A stretch of DNA of 64,000 nt from Monocercomonoides exilis PA203 (lineage: Eukaryota > Protista > Preaxostyla). How positions within the stretch are numbered: the stretch's first letter is position 1; every line of letters starts with the position of its first letter. The stretch lies in assembly GCA_001643675.2 (NCBI GenBank), contig LSRY02000022.1:1315370-1379369 (forward strand), in the 5' to 3' direction. Made by a program: the position numbers and the translations under genes. A model generated the notes under the pieces. That model searched no databases. It saw only the letters and a program-made list of their open reading frames with translations, and was not told the origin of the DNA. Positions 11,659 to 26,600 of this stretch are shown here, piece after piece.

Positions 11659-14600
11659 TAGGTTAGGGTTAATTGTGACAAAAACTCGTTTTTCAGACAA
11701 GCAACTACTGAGATATCATGATTTGTGATATTATCTGACAACTTTTCTGTCATGACTTATGAAAATATTTGATTTTTATTGAAAATCCAGTCAAAAACAA
11801 TGATAAAATAAATTTTTTAAAAATGATTGAGAACAATGACAAATCTGATTGTAGGTTCGGGTTAGACCGTGCTGAACCTGATGATTGTTGTTGTAGTTTT
11901 TGTGGTCATCTAATAGAAACTCAGGGAAAAAACTTAATTTTTTAGTCATTTTTTCAGTCATTTTAACATGTCATTTTTGACCAAAAATTTGCCTTACCCC
12001 CGAGTTTGATGGGGGGTGCCCAGCCTCCAGTATGTGGCCTTCGTAGAAGGCGGACGCGGAGCGGACGCCTTCTAAAACCTCGTTTCCTGCCTTTTCACAG
12101 GGCCTGCGCCCTGCAAAACCGACCCTTCTGGGGTCATATTTGACCAACACTGAAAATTTCATATATTCGTTCCTGTCACCTGGGCATTTCATCTGACAAC
12201 CCCCACACCACCCCCACACCCCCCATACCCACTGACACTCCCACTGTATATATCTGTTATAATGTCAGAATATCCTTTGATTTTTAATGAATTTTTCTTG
12301 TCATTTTTTTGAGTGAAGAAAAACAATAAATATTTTATATCTCACTGGAATGACTGATTTGGAGGGAGATATTTTGCCAGTGTGTTAGTTGTGAATTATG
12401 TGTAATAAAACAATATTGGAGAAAAAAAGAAAAAATTGAAAATTAATTAATTGAATATTATTGTTTTCATTCAGACAAGTCATTTGACTGAAAATATATA
12501 AAAATAATTTTTTAAAAAATAGAAAAATTTAGGTTGCAGTTAAAGTGCGTTGAAATATGCCTGAATTATCCCAACAAATATTAATAATTAATTATCACAA
12601 AATTATCAATCAACTTTTCTATCATGACTTATAAAATAATTGAATGTTTATTTCTATTTATTCAAAAATAATAATAAAATAAATTTTTTAAAATCTATCA
12701 TGCACTCGGTTAGGGTTAATTGTGACAAAAACTCGTTTTTCAGACAAGCAACTACTGAGATATCATGATTTGTGATATTATCTGACAACTTTTCTGTCAT
12801 GACTTATGAAAATATTTGATTTTTATTGAAAATCCAGTCAAAAACAATGATAAAATAAATTTTTTAAAAATGATTGAGAACAATGACAAATCTGATTGTA
12901 GGTTCGGGTTAGACCGTGCTGAACCTGATGATTGTTGTTGTAGTTTTTGTGGTCATCTAATAGAAACTCAGGGAAAAAACTTAATTTTTTAGTCATTTTT
13001 TCAGTCATTTTAACATGTCATTTTTGACCAAAAATTTGCCTTACCCCCGAGTTTGATGGGGGGTGCCCAGCCTCCAGTATGTGGCCTTCGTAGAAGGCGG
13101 ACGCGGAGCGGACGCCTTCTAAAACCTCGTTTCCTGCCTTTTCACAGGGCCTGCGCCCTGCAAAACCGACCCTTCTGGGGTCATATTTGACCAACACTGA
13201 AAATTTCATATATTCGTTCCTGTCACCTGGGCATTTCATCTGACAACCCCCACACCACCCCCACACCCCCCATACCCACTGACACTCCCACTGTATATAT
13301 CTGTTATAATGTCAGAATATCCTTTGATTTTTAATGAATTTTTCTTGTCATTTTTTTGAGTGAAGAAAAACAATAAATATTTTATATCTCACTGGAATGA
13401 CTGATTTGGAGGGAGATATTTTGCCAGTGTGTTAGTTGTGAATTATGTGTAATAAAACAATATTGGAGAAAAAAAGAAAAAATTGAAAATTAATTAATTG
13501 AATATTATTGTTTTCATTCAGACAAGTCATTTGACTGAAAATATATAAAAATAATTTTTTAAAAAATAGAAAAATTTAGGTTGCAGTTAAAGTGCGTTGA
13601 AATATGCCTGAATTATCCCAACAAATATTAATAATTAATTATCACAAAATTATCAATCAACTTTTCTATCATGACTTATAAAATAATTGAATGTTTATTT
13701 CTATTTATTCAAAAATAATAATAAAATAAATTTTTTAAAATCTATCATGCACTCGGTTAGGGTTAATTGTGACAAAAACTCGTTTTTCAGACAAGCAACT
13801 ACTGAGATATCATGATTTGTGATATTATCTGACAACTTTTCTGTCATGACTTATGAAAATATTTGATTTTTATTGAAAATCCAGTCAAAAACAATGATAA
13901 AATAAATTTTTTAAAAATGATTGAGAACAATGACAAATCTGATTGTAGGTTCGGGTTAGACCGTGCTGAACCTGATGATTGTTGTTGTAGTTTTTGTGGT
14001 CATCTAATAGAAACTCAGGGAAAAAACTTAATTTTTTAGTCATTTTTTCAGTCATTTTAACATGTCATTTTTGACCAAAAATTTGCCTTACCCCCGAGTT
14101 TGATGGGGGGTGCCCAGCCTCCAGTATGTGGCCTTCGTAGAAGGCGGACGCGGAGCGGACGCCTTCTAAAACCTCGTTTCCTGCCTTTTCACAGGGCCTG
14201 CGCCCTGCAAAACCGACCCTTCTGGGGTCATATTTGACCAACACTGAAAATTTCATATATTCGTTCCTGTCACCTGGGCATTTCATCTGACAACCCCCAC
14301 ACCACCCCCACACCCCCCATACCCACTGACACTCCCACTGTATATATCTGTTATAATGTCAGAATATCCTTTGATTTTTAATGAATTTTTCTTGTCATTT
14401 TTTTGAGTGAAGAAAAACAATAAATATTTTATATCTCACTGGAATGACTGATTTGGAGGGAGATATTTTGCCAGTGTGTTAGTTGTGAATTATGTGTAAT
14501 AAAACAATATTGGAGAAAAAAAGAAAAAATTGAAAATTAATTAATTGAATATTATTGTTTTCATTCAGACAAGTCATTTGACTGAAAATATATAAAAATA

Positions 14601-17600
14601 ATTTTTTAAAAAATAGAAAAATTTAGGTTGCAGTTAAAGTGCGTTGAAATATGCCTGAATTATCCCAACAAATATTAATAATTAATTATCACAAAATTAT
14701 CAATCAACTTTTCTATCATGACTTATAAAATAATTGAATGTTTATTTCTATTTATTCAAAAATAATAATAAAATAAATTTTTTAAAATCTATCATGCACT
14801 CGGTTAGGGTTAATTGTGACAAAAACTCGTTTTTCAGACAAGCAACTACTGAGATATCATGATTTGTGATATTATCTGACAACTTTTCTGTCATGACTTA
14901 TGAAAATATTTGATTTTTATTGAAAATCCAGTCAAAAACAATGATAAAATAAATTTTTTAAAAATGATTGAGAACAATGACAAATCTGATTGTAGGTTCG
15001 GGTTAGACCGTGCTGAACCTGATGATTGTTGTTGTAGTTTTTGTGGTCATCTAATAGAAACTCAGGGAAAAAACTTAATTTTTTAGTCATTTTTTCAGTC
15101 ATTTTAACATGTCATTTTTGACCAAAAATTTGCCTTACCCCCGAGTTTGATGGGGGGTGCCCAGCCTCCAGTATGTGGCCTTCGTAGAAGGCGGACGCGG
15201 AGCGGACGCCTTCTAAAACCTCGTTTCCTGCCTTTTCACAGGGCCTGCGCCCTGCAAAACCGACCCTTCTGGGGTCATATTTGACCAACACTGAAAATTT
15301 CATATATTCGTTCCTGTCACCTGGGCATTTCATCTGACAACCCCCACACCACCCCCACACCCCCCATACCCACTGACACTCCCACTGTATATATCTGTTA
15401 TAATGTCAGAATATCCTTTGATTTTTAATGAATTTTTCTTGTCATTTTTTTGAGTGAAGAAAAACAATAAATATTTTATATCTCACTGGAATGACTGATT
15501 TGGAGGGAGATATTTTGCCAGTGTGTTAGTTGTGAATTATGTGTAATAAAACAATATTGGAGAAAAAAAGAAAAAATTGAAAATTAATTAATTGAATATT
15601 ATTGTTTTCATTCAGACAAGTCATTTGACTGAAAATATATAAAAATAATTTTTTAAAAAATAGAAAAATTTAGGTTGCAGTTAAAGTGCGTTGAAATATG
15701 CCTGAATTATCCCAACAAATATTAATAATTAATTATCACAAAATTATCAATCAACTTTTCTATCATGACTTATAAAATAATTGAATGTTTATTTCTATTT
15801 ATTCAAAAATAATAATAAAATAAATTTTTTAAAATCTATCATGCACTCGGTTAGGGTTAATTGTGACAAAAACTCGTTTTTCAGACAAGCAACTACTGAG
15901 ATATCATGATTTGTGATATTATCTGACAACTTTTCTGTCATGACTTATGAAAATATTTGATTTTTATTGAAAATCCAGTCAAAAACAATGATAAAATAAA
16001 TTTTTTAAAAATGATTGAGAACAATGACAAATCTGATTGTAGGTTCGGGTTAGACCGTGCTGAACCTGATGATTGTTGTTGTAGTTTTTGTGGTCATCTA
16101 ATAGAAACTCAGGGAAAAAACTTAATTTTTTAGTCATTTTTTCAGTCATTTTAACATGTCATTTTTGACCAAAAATTTGCCTTACCCCCGAGTTTGATGG
16201 GGGGTGCCCAGCCTCCAGTATGTGGCCTTCGTAGAAGGCGGACGCGGAGCGGACGCCTTCTAAAACCTCGTTTCCTGCCTTTTCACAGGGCCTGCGCCCT
16301 GCAAAACCGACCCTTCTGGGGTCATATTTGACCAACACTGAAAATTTCATATATTCGTTCCTGTCACCTGGGCATTTCATCTGACAACCCCCACACCACC
16401 CCCACACCCCCCATACCCACTGACACTCCCACTGTATATATCTGTTATAATGTCAGAATATCCTTTGATTTTTAATGAATTTTTCTTGTCATTTTTTTGA
16501 GTGAAGAAAAACAATAAATATTTTATATCTCACTGGAATGACTGATTTGGAGGGAGATATTTTGCCAGTGTGTTAGTTGTGAATTATGTGTAATAAAACA
16601 ATATTGGAGAAAAAAAGAAAAAATTGAAAATTAATTAATTGAATATTATTGTTTTCATTCAGACAAGTCATTTGACTGAAAATATATAAAAATAATTTTT
16701 TAAAAAATAGAAAAATTTAGGTTGCAGTTAAAGTGCGTTGAAATATGCCTGAATTATCCCAACAAATATTAATAATTAATTATCACAAAATTATCAATCA
16801 ACTTTTCTATCATGACTTATAAAATAATTGAATGTTTATTTCTATTTATTCAAAAATAATAATAAAATAAATTTTTTAAAATCTATCATGCACTCGGTTA
16901 GGGTTAATTGTGACAAAAACTCGTTTTTCAGACAAGCAACTACTGAGATATCATGATTTGTGATATTATCTGACAACTTTTCTGTCATGACTTATGAAAA
17001 TATTTGATTTTTATTGAAAATCCAGTCAAAAACAATGATAAAATAAATTTTTTAAAAATGATTGAGAACAATGACAAATCTGATTGTAGGTTCGGGTTAG
17101 ACCGTGCTGAACCTGATGATTGTTGTTGTAGTTTTTGTGGTCATCTAATAGAAACTCAGGGAAAAAACTTAATTTTTTAGTCATTTTTTCAGTCATTTTA
17201 ACATGTCATTTTTGACCAAAAATTTGCCTTACCCCCGAGTTTGATGGGGGGTGCCCAGCCTCCAGTATGTGGCCTTCGTAGAAGGCGGACGCGGAGCGGA
17301 CGCCTTCTAAAACCTCGTTTCCTGCCTTTTCACAGGGCCTGCGCCCTGCAAAACCGACCCTTCTGGGGTCATATTTGACCAACACTGAAAATTTCATATA
17401 TTCGTTCCTGTCACCTGGGCATTTCATCTGACAACCCCCACACCACCCCCACACCCCCCATACCCACTGACACTCCCACTGTATATATCTGTTATAATGT
17501 CAGAATATCCTTTGATTTTTAATGAATTTTTCTTGTCATTTTTTTGAGTGAAGAAAAACAATAAATATTTTATATCTCACTGGAATGACTGATTTGGAGG

Positions 17601-20600
17601 GAGATATTTTGCCAGTGTGTTAGTTGTGAATTATGTGTAATAAAACAATATTGGAGAAAAAAAGAAAAAATTGAAAATTAATTAATTGAATATTATTGTT
17701 TTCATTCAGACAAGTCATTTGACTGAAAATATATAAAAATAATTTTTTAAAAAATAGAAAAATTTAGGTTGCAGTTAAAGTGCGTTGAAATATGCCTGAA
17801 TTATCCCAACAAATATTAATAATTAATTATCACAAAATTATCAATCAACTTTTCTATCATGACTTATAAAATAATTGAATGTTTATTTCTATTTATTCAA
17901 AAATAATAATAAAATAAATTTTTTAAAATCTATCATGCACTCGGTTAGGGTTAATTGTGACAAAAACTCGTTTTTCAGACAAGCAACTACTGAGATATCA
18001 TGATTTGTGATATTATCTGACAACTTTTCTGTCATGACTTATGAAAATATTTGATTTTTATTGAAAATCCAGTCAAAAACAATGATAAAATAAATTTTTT
18101 AAAAATGATTGAGAACAATGACAAATCTGATTGTAGGTTCGGGTTAGACCGTGCTGAACCTGATGATTGTTGTTGTAGTTTTTGTGGTCATCTAATAGAA
18201 ACTCAGGGAAAAAACTTAATTTTTTAGTCATTTTTTCAGTCATTTTAACATGTCATTTTTGACCAAAAATTTGCCTTACCCCCGAGTTTGATGGGGGGTG
18301 CCCAGCCTCCAGTATGTGGCCTTCGTAGAAGGCGGACGCGGAGCGGACGCCTTCTAAAACCTCGTTTCCTGCCTTTTCACAGGGCCTGCGCCCTGCAAAA
18401 CCGACCCTTCTGGGGTCATATTTGACCAACACTGAAAATTTCATATATTCGTTCCTGTCACCTGGGCATTTCATCTGACAACCCCCACACCACCCCCACA
18501 CCCCCCATACCCACTGACACTCCCACTGTATATATCTGTTATAATGTCAGAATATCCTTTGATTTTTAATGAATTTTTCTTGTCATTTTTTTGAGTGAAG
18601 AAAAACAATAAATATTTTATATCTCACTGGAATGACTGATTTGGAGGGAGATATTTTGCCAGTGTGTTAGTTGTGAATTATGTGTAATAAAACAATATTG
18701 GAGAAAAAAAGAAAAAATTGAAAATTAATTAATTGAATATTATTGTTTTCATTCAGACAAGTCATTTGACTGAAAATATATAAAAATAATTTTTTAAAAA
18801 ATAGAAAAATTTAGGTTGCAGTTAAAGTGCGTTGAAATATGCCTGAATTATCCCAACAAATATTAATAATTAATTATCACAAAATTATCAATCAACTTTT
18901 CTATCATGACTTATAAAATAATTGAATGTTTATTTCTATTTATTCAAAAATAATAATAAAATAAATTTTTTAAAATCTATCATGCACTCGGTTAGGGTTA
19001 ATTGTGACAAAAACTCGTTTTTCAGACAAGCAACTACTGAGATATCATGATTTGTGATATTATCTGACAACTTTTCTGTCATGACTTATGAAAATATTTG
19101 ATTTTTATTGAAAATCCAGTCAAAAACAATGATAAAATAAATTTTTTAAAAATGATTGAGAACAATGACAAATCTGATTGTAGGTTCGGGTTAGACCGTG
19201 CTGAACCTGATGATTGTTGTTGTAGTTTTTGTGGTCATCTAATAGAAACTCAGGGAAAAAACTTAATTTTTTAGTCATTTTTTCAGTCATTTTAACATGT
19301 CATTTTTGACCAAAAATTTGCCTTACCCCCGAGTTTGATGGGGGGTGCCCAGCCTCCAGTATGTGGCCTTCGTAGAAGGCGGACGCGGAGCGGACGCCTT
19401 CTAAAACCTCGTTTCCTGCCTTTTCACAGGGCCTGCGCCCTGCAAAACCGACCCTTCTGGGGTCATATTTGACCAACACTGAAAATTTCATATATTCGTT
19501 CCTGTCACCTGGGCATTTCATCTGACAACCCCCACACCACCCCCACACCCCCCATACCCACTGACACTCCCACTGTATATATCTGTTATAATGTCAGAAT
19601 ATCCTTTGATTTTTAATGAATTTTTCTTGTCATTTTTTTGAGTGAAGAAAAACAATAAATATTTTATATCTCACTGGAATGACTGATTTGGAGGGAGATA
19701 TTTTGCCAGTGTGTTAGTTGTGAATTATGTGTAATAAAACAATATTGGAGAAAAAAAGAAAAAATTGAAAATTAATTAATTGAATATTATTGTTTTCATT
19801 CAGACAAGTCATTTGACTGAAAATATATAAAAATAATTTTTTAAAAAATAGAAAAATTTAGGTTGCAGTTAAAGTGCGTTGAAATATGCCTGAATTATCC
19901 CAACAAATATTAATAATTAATTATCACAAAATTATCAATCAACTTTTCTATCATGACTTATAAAATAATTGAATGTTTATTTCTATTTATTCAAAAATAA
20001 TAATAAAATAAATTTTTTAAAAATGATTGAGAACAATGACAAATCTGATTGTAGGTTCGGGTTAGACCGTGCTGAACCTGATGATTGTTGTTGTAGTTTT
20101 TGTGGTCATCTAATAGAAACTCAGGGAAAAAACTTAATTTTTTAGTCATTTTTTCAGTCATTTTAACATGTCATTTTTGACCAAAAATTTGCCTTACCCC
20201 CGAGTTTGATGGGGGGTGCCCAGCCTCCAGTATGTGGCCTTCGTAGAAGGCGGACGCGGAGCGGACGCCTTCTAAAACCTCGTTTCCTGCCTTTTCACAG
20301 GGCCTGCGCCCTGCAAAACCGACCCTTCTGGGGTCATATTTGACCAACACTGAAAATTTCATATATTCGTTCCTGTCACCTGGGCATTTCATCTGACAAC
20401 CCCCACACCACCCCCACACCCCCCATACCCACTGACACTCCCACTGTATATATCTGTTATAATGTCAGAATATCCTTTGATTTTTAATGAATTTTTCTTG
20501 TCATTTTTTTGAGTGAAGAAAAACAATAAATATTTTATATCTCACTGGAATGACTGATTTGGAGGGAGATATTTTGCCAGTGTGTTAGTTGTGAATTATG

Positions 20601-23600
20601 TGTAATAAAACAATATTGGAGAAAAAAAGAAAAAATTGAAAATTAATTAATTGAATATTATTGTTTTCATTCAGACAAGTCATTTGACTGAAAATATATA
20701 AAAATAATTTTTTAAAAAATAGAAAAATTTAGGTTGCAGTTAAAGTGCGTTGAAATATGCCTGAATTATCCCAACAAATATTAATAATTAATTATCACAA
20801 AATTATCAATCAACTTTTCTATCATGACTTATAAAATAATTGAATGTTTATTTCTATTTATTCAAAAATAATAATAAAATAAATTTTTTAAAATCTATCA
20901 TGCACTCGGTTAGGGTTAATTGTGACAAAAACTCGTTTTTCAGACAAGCAACTACTGAGATATCATGATTTGTGATATTATCTGACAACTTTTCTGTCAT
21001 GACTTATGAAAATATTTGATTTTTATTGAAAATCCAGTCAAAAACAATGATAAAATAAATTTTTTAAAAATGATTGAGAACAATGACAAATCTGATTGTA
21101 GGTTCGGGTTAGACCGTGCTGAACCTGATGATTGTTGTTGTAGTTTTTGTGGTCATCTAATAGAAACTCAGGGAAAAAACTTAATTTTTTAGTCATTTTT
21201 TCAGTCATTTTAACATGTCATTTTTGACCAAAAATTTGCCTTACCCCCGAGTTTGATGGGGGGTGCCCAGCCTCCAGTATGTGGCCTTCGTAGAAGGCGG
21301 ACGCGGAGCGGACGCCTTCTAAAACCTCGTTTCCTGCCTTTTCACAGGGCCTGCGCCCTGCAAAACCGACCCTTCTGGGGTCATATTTGACCAACACTGA
21401 AAATTTCATATATTCGTTCCTGTCACCTGGGCATTTCATCTGACAACCCCCACACCACCCCCACACCCCCCATACCCACTGACACTCCCACTGTATATAT
21501 CTGTTATAATGTCAGAATATCCTTTGATTTTTAATGAATTTTTCTTGTCATTTTTTTGAGTGAAGAAAAACAATAAATATTTTATATCTCACTGGAATGA
21601 CTGATTTGGAGGGAGATATTTTGCCAGTGTGTTAGTTGTGAATTATGTGTAATAAAACAATATTGGAGAAAAAAAGAAAAAATTGAAAATTAATTAATTG
21701 AATATTATTGTTTTCATTCAGACAAGTCATTTGACTGAAAATATATAAAAATAATTTTTTAAAAAATAGAAAAATTTAGGTTGCAGTTAAAGTGCGTTGA
21801 AATATGCCTGAATTATCCCAACAAATATTAATAATTAATTATCACAAAATTATCAATCAACTTTTCTATCATGACTTATAAAATAATTGAATGTTTATTT
21901 CTATTTATTCAAAAATAATAATAAAATAAATTTTTTAAAATCTATCATGCACTCGGTTAGGGTTAATTGTGACAAAAACTCGTTTTTCAGACAAGCAACT
22001 ACTGAGATATCATGATTTGTGATATTATCTGACAACTTTTCTGTCATGACTTATGAAAATATTTGATTTTTATTGAAAATCCAGTCAAAAACAATGATAA
22101 AATAAATTTTTTAAAAATGATTGAGAACAATGACAAATCTGATTGTAGGTTCGGGTTAGACCGTGCTGAACCTGATGATTGTTGTTGTAGTTTTTGTGGT
22201 CATCTAATAGAAACTCAGGGAAAAAACTTAATTTTTTAGTCATTTTTTCAGTCATTTTAACATGTCATTTTTGACCAAAAATTTGCCTTACCCCCGAGTT
22301 TGATGGGGGGTGCCCAGCCTCCAGTATGTGGCCTTCGTAGAAGGCGGACGCGGAGCGGACGCCTTCTAAAACCTCGTTTCCTGCCTTTTCACAGGGCCTG
22401 CGCCCCCCAAAACGGGCCCTTCTGGGGTCATATTTGACCAACACTGAAAATTTCATATATTCGTTCCTGTCACCTGGGCATTTCATCTGACAACCCCCAC
22501 ACCACCCCCACACCCCCCATACCCACTGACACTCCCACTGTATATATCTGTTATAATGTCAGAATATCCTTTGATTTTTAATGAATTTTTCTTGTCATTT
22601 TTTTGAGTGAAGAAAAACAATAAATATTTTATATCTCACTGGAATGACTGATTTGGAGGGAGATATTTTGCCAGTGTGTTAGTTGTGAATTATGTGTAAT
22701 AAAACAATATTGGAGAAAAAAAGAAAAAATTGAAAATTAATTAATTGAATATTATTGTTGTCATTCAACCAAGTCATTTGACTGAAAATATAAAAAAATA
22801 ATTTTTTAAAAAATAGAAAAATTTAGGTTGCAGTTAAAGTGCGTTGAAATATGCCTGAATTATCCCAACAAATATTAATAATTAATTATCACAAAATTAT
22901 CAATCAACTTTTCTATCATGACTTATAATATTATTGAATGTTTATTTCTGTTTATTCAAAAATAATAATAAAATAAATTTTTTAAAATCTATCATGCACT
23001 CGGTTAGGGTTAATTGTGACAAAAACTAATTTTTTTGAAAAGAAACTACTGAGATATCATGACTTATCACTTTATCTTACAACTTTTCTATCATGACTTA
23101 TGAAAATATTGAAATTTCATTGAAAATCCAGTCAAAAACAATGAAAAAATAAATTTTTTAAAAATGATTGAGAACAATGACAAATATGCTTGTAGGTTCG
23201 GGTTAGACCGTGCTGAACCTGATGATTGTTGTTGTAGTTTTTATGGTCATCTTATTGAAACTCAGGGAAAAAACTTAATTTTTTATGAAATTATTCAGTC
23301 ATTTTAACTTATAATTTTTGACCAAAAATTTGCCTTACCCCCGGGTTTGATGGGGGGTGTCCTATGAGCAGTATGTGGCCTTCGTAGAAGGCGGACGCGG
23401 AGCGGACGCCTTCTAAAACCTCAATTCCTGCCTTTTCACAGGGCCTGCGCTCTGCAAAACCGACCCTTCTGTCTGGCCCAACCCACAAAAATCAAATTTT
23501 CATATATTCGTTCCTGGCCCCTGGGCATTCCATGTGACAACCCCCACACCACCCCCACACCCCCCATCCCCACTGACACTCCCACTGTATATATCTGTTC

Positions 23601-26600
23601 TAATGTCAGAATAACCGTTGATTTTTAATGAATTTTTCTTGTCATTTTTCTGAGTGAAGAAAAACAATAAATATTTTATATCTCACTGGAATGACTGATT
23701 TGGAGGGAGATATTTTGCCAGTGTGTTAGTTGTGAATTATGTGTAATAATACAATATTGGAGAAAAAAAGAAAAAATTGAAAATTAATTAATTGAATATT
23801 ATTGTTGTCATTCAACCAAGTCATTTGACTGAAAATATAAAAAAATAATTTTTTAAAAAATAGAAAAATTTAGGTTGCAGTTAAAGTGCGTTGAAATATG
23901 CCTGAATTATCCCAACAAATATTAATAATTAATTATCACAAAATTATCAATCAACTTTTCTATCATGACTTATAATATTATTGAATGTTTATTTCTGTTT
24001 ATTCAAAAATAATAATAAAATAAATTTTTTAAAATCTATCATGCACTCGGTTAGGGTTAATTGTGACAAAAACTAATTTTTTTGAAAAGAAACTACTGAG
24101 ATATCATGACTTATCACTTTATCTTACAACTTTTCTATCATGACTTATGAAAATATTGAAATTTCATTGAAAATCCAGTCAAAAACAATGAAAAAATAAA
24201 TTTTTTAAAAATGATTGAGAACAATGACAAATATGCTTGTAGGTTCGGGTTAGACCGTGCTGAACCTGATGATTGTTGTTGTAGTTTTTATGGTCATCTT
24301 ATTGAAACTCAGGGAAAAAACTTAATTTTTTATGAAATTATTCAGTCATTTTAACTTATAATTTTTGACCAAAAATTTGCCTTACCCCCGGGTTTGATGG
24401 GGGGTGTCCTATGAGCAGTATGTGGCCTTCGTAGAAGGCGGACGCGGAGCGGACGCCTTCTAAAACCTCAATTCCTGCCTTTTCACAGGGCCTGCGCTCT
24501 GCAAAACCGACCCTTCTGTCTGGCCCAACCCACAAAAATCAAATTTTCATATATTCGTTCCTGGCCCCTGGGCATTCCATGTGACAACCCCCACACCACC
24601 CCCACACCCCCATCCCCACTGACACTCCCACTGTATATATCTGTTCTAATGTCAGAATAACCGTTGATTTTTAATGAATTTTTCTTGTCATTTTTCTGAG
24701 TGAAGAAAAACAATAAATATTTTATATCTCACTGGAATGACTGATTTGGAGGGAGATATTTTGCCAGTGTGTTAGTTGTGAATTATGTGTAATAATACAA
24801 TATTGGAGAAAAAAAAGAAAAAATTGAAAATTAATTAATTGAATATTATTGTTGTCATTCAACCAAGTCATTTGACTGAAAATATAAAAAAATAATTTTT
24901 TAAAAAATAGAAAAATTTAGGTTGCAGTTAAAGTGCGTTGAAATATGCCTGAATTATCCCAACAAATATTAATAATTAATTATCACAAAATTATCAATCA
25001 ACTTTTCTATCATGACTTATAATATTATTGAATGTTTATTTCTGTTTATTCAAAAATAATAATAAAATAAATTTTTTAAAAATCTATCATGCACTCGGTT
25101 AGGGTTAATTGTGACAAAAACTAATTTTTTTGAAAAGAAACTACTGAGATATCATGACTTATCACTTTATCTTACAACTTTTCTATCATGACTTATGAAA
25201 ATATTGAAATTTCATTGAAAATCCAGTCAAAAACAATGAAAAAATAAATTTTTTAAAAATGATTGAGAACAATGACAAATATGCTTGTAGGTTCGGGTTA
25301 GACCGTGCTGAACCTGATGATTGTTGTTGTAGTTTTTATGGTCATCTTATTGAAACTCAGGGAAAAAACTTAATTTTTTATGAAATTATTCAGTCATTTT
25401 AACTTATAATTTTTGACCAAAAATTTGCCTTACCCCCGGGTTTGATGGGGGGTGTCCTATGAGCAGTATGTGGCCTTCGTAGAAGGCGGACGCGGAGCGG
25501 ACGCCTTCTAAAACCTCAATTCCTGCCTTTTCACAGGGCCTGCGCTCTGCAAAACCGACCCTTCTGTCTGGCCCAACCCACAAAAATCAAATTTTCATAT
25601 ATTCGTTCCTGGCCCCTGGGCATTCCATGTGACAACCCCCACACCACCCCCACACCCCCCATCCCCACTGACACTCCCACTGTATATATCTGTTCTAATG
25701 TCAGAATAACCGTTGATTTTTAATGAATTTTTCTTGTCATTTTTCTGAGTGAAGAAAAACAATAAATATTTTATATCTCACTGGAATGACTGATTTGGAG
25801 GGAGATATTTTGCCAGTGTGTTAGTTGTGAATTATGTGTAATAATACAATATTGGAGAAAAAAAAGAAAAAATTGAAAATTAATTAATTGAATATTATTG
25901 TTGTCATTCAACCAAGTCATTTGACTGAAAATATAAAAAAATAATTTTTTAAAAAATAGAAAAATTTAGGTTGCAGTTAAAGTGCGTTGAAATATGCCTG
26001 AATTATCCCAACAAATATTAATAATTAATTATCACAAAATTATCAATCAACTTTTCTATCATGACTTATAATATTATTGAATGTTTATTTCTGTTTATTC
26101 AAAAATAATAATAAAATAAATTTTTTAAAATCTATCATGCACTCGGTTAGGGTTAATTGTGACAAAAACTAATTTTTTGAAAAGAAACTACTGAGATATC
26201 ATGACTTATCACTTTATCTTACAACTTTTCTATCATGACTTATGAAAATATTGAAATTTCATTGAAAATCCAGTCAAAAACAATGAAAAAATAAATTTTT
26301 TAAAAATGATTGAGAACAATGACAAATATGCTTGTAGGTTCGGGTTAGACCGTGCTGAACCTGATGATTGTTGTTGTAGTTTTTATGGTCATCTTATTGA
26401 AACTCAGGGAAAAAACTTAATTTTTTATGAAATTATTCAGTCATTTTAACTTATAATTTTTGACCAAAAATTTGCCTTACCCCCGGGTTTGATGGGGGGT
26501 GTCCTATGAGCAGTATGTGGCCTTCGTAGAAGGCGGACGCGGAGCGGACGCCTTCTAAAACCTCAATTCCTGCCTTTTCACAGGGCCTGCGCTCTGCAAA

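Noticed and set aside
11852-11880. GGGTTAGACCGT in each unit resembles LSU GGGTTTAGACCGTC just beyond the 137-bp repeat
   Set aside because: Only ~12 nt with an indel and absent from the insert-type monomer; cannot be distinguished from chance.
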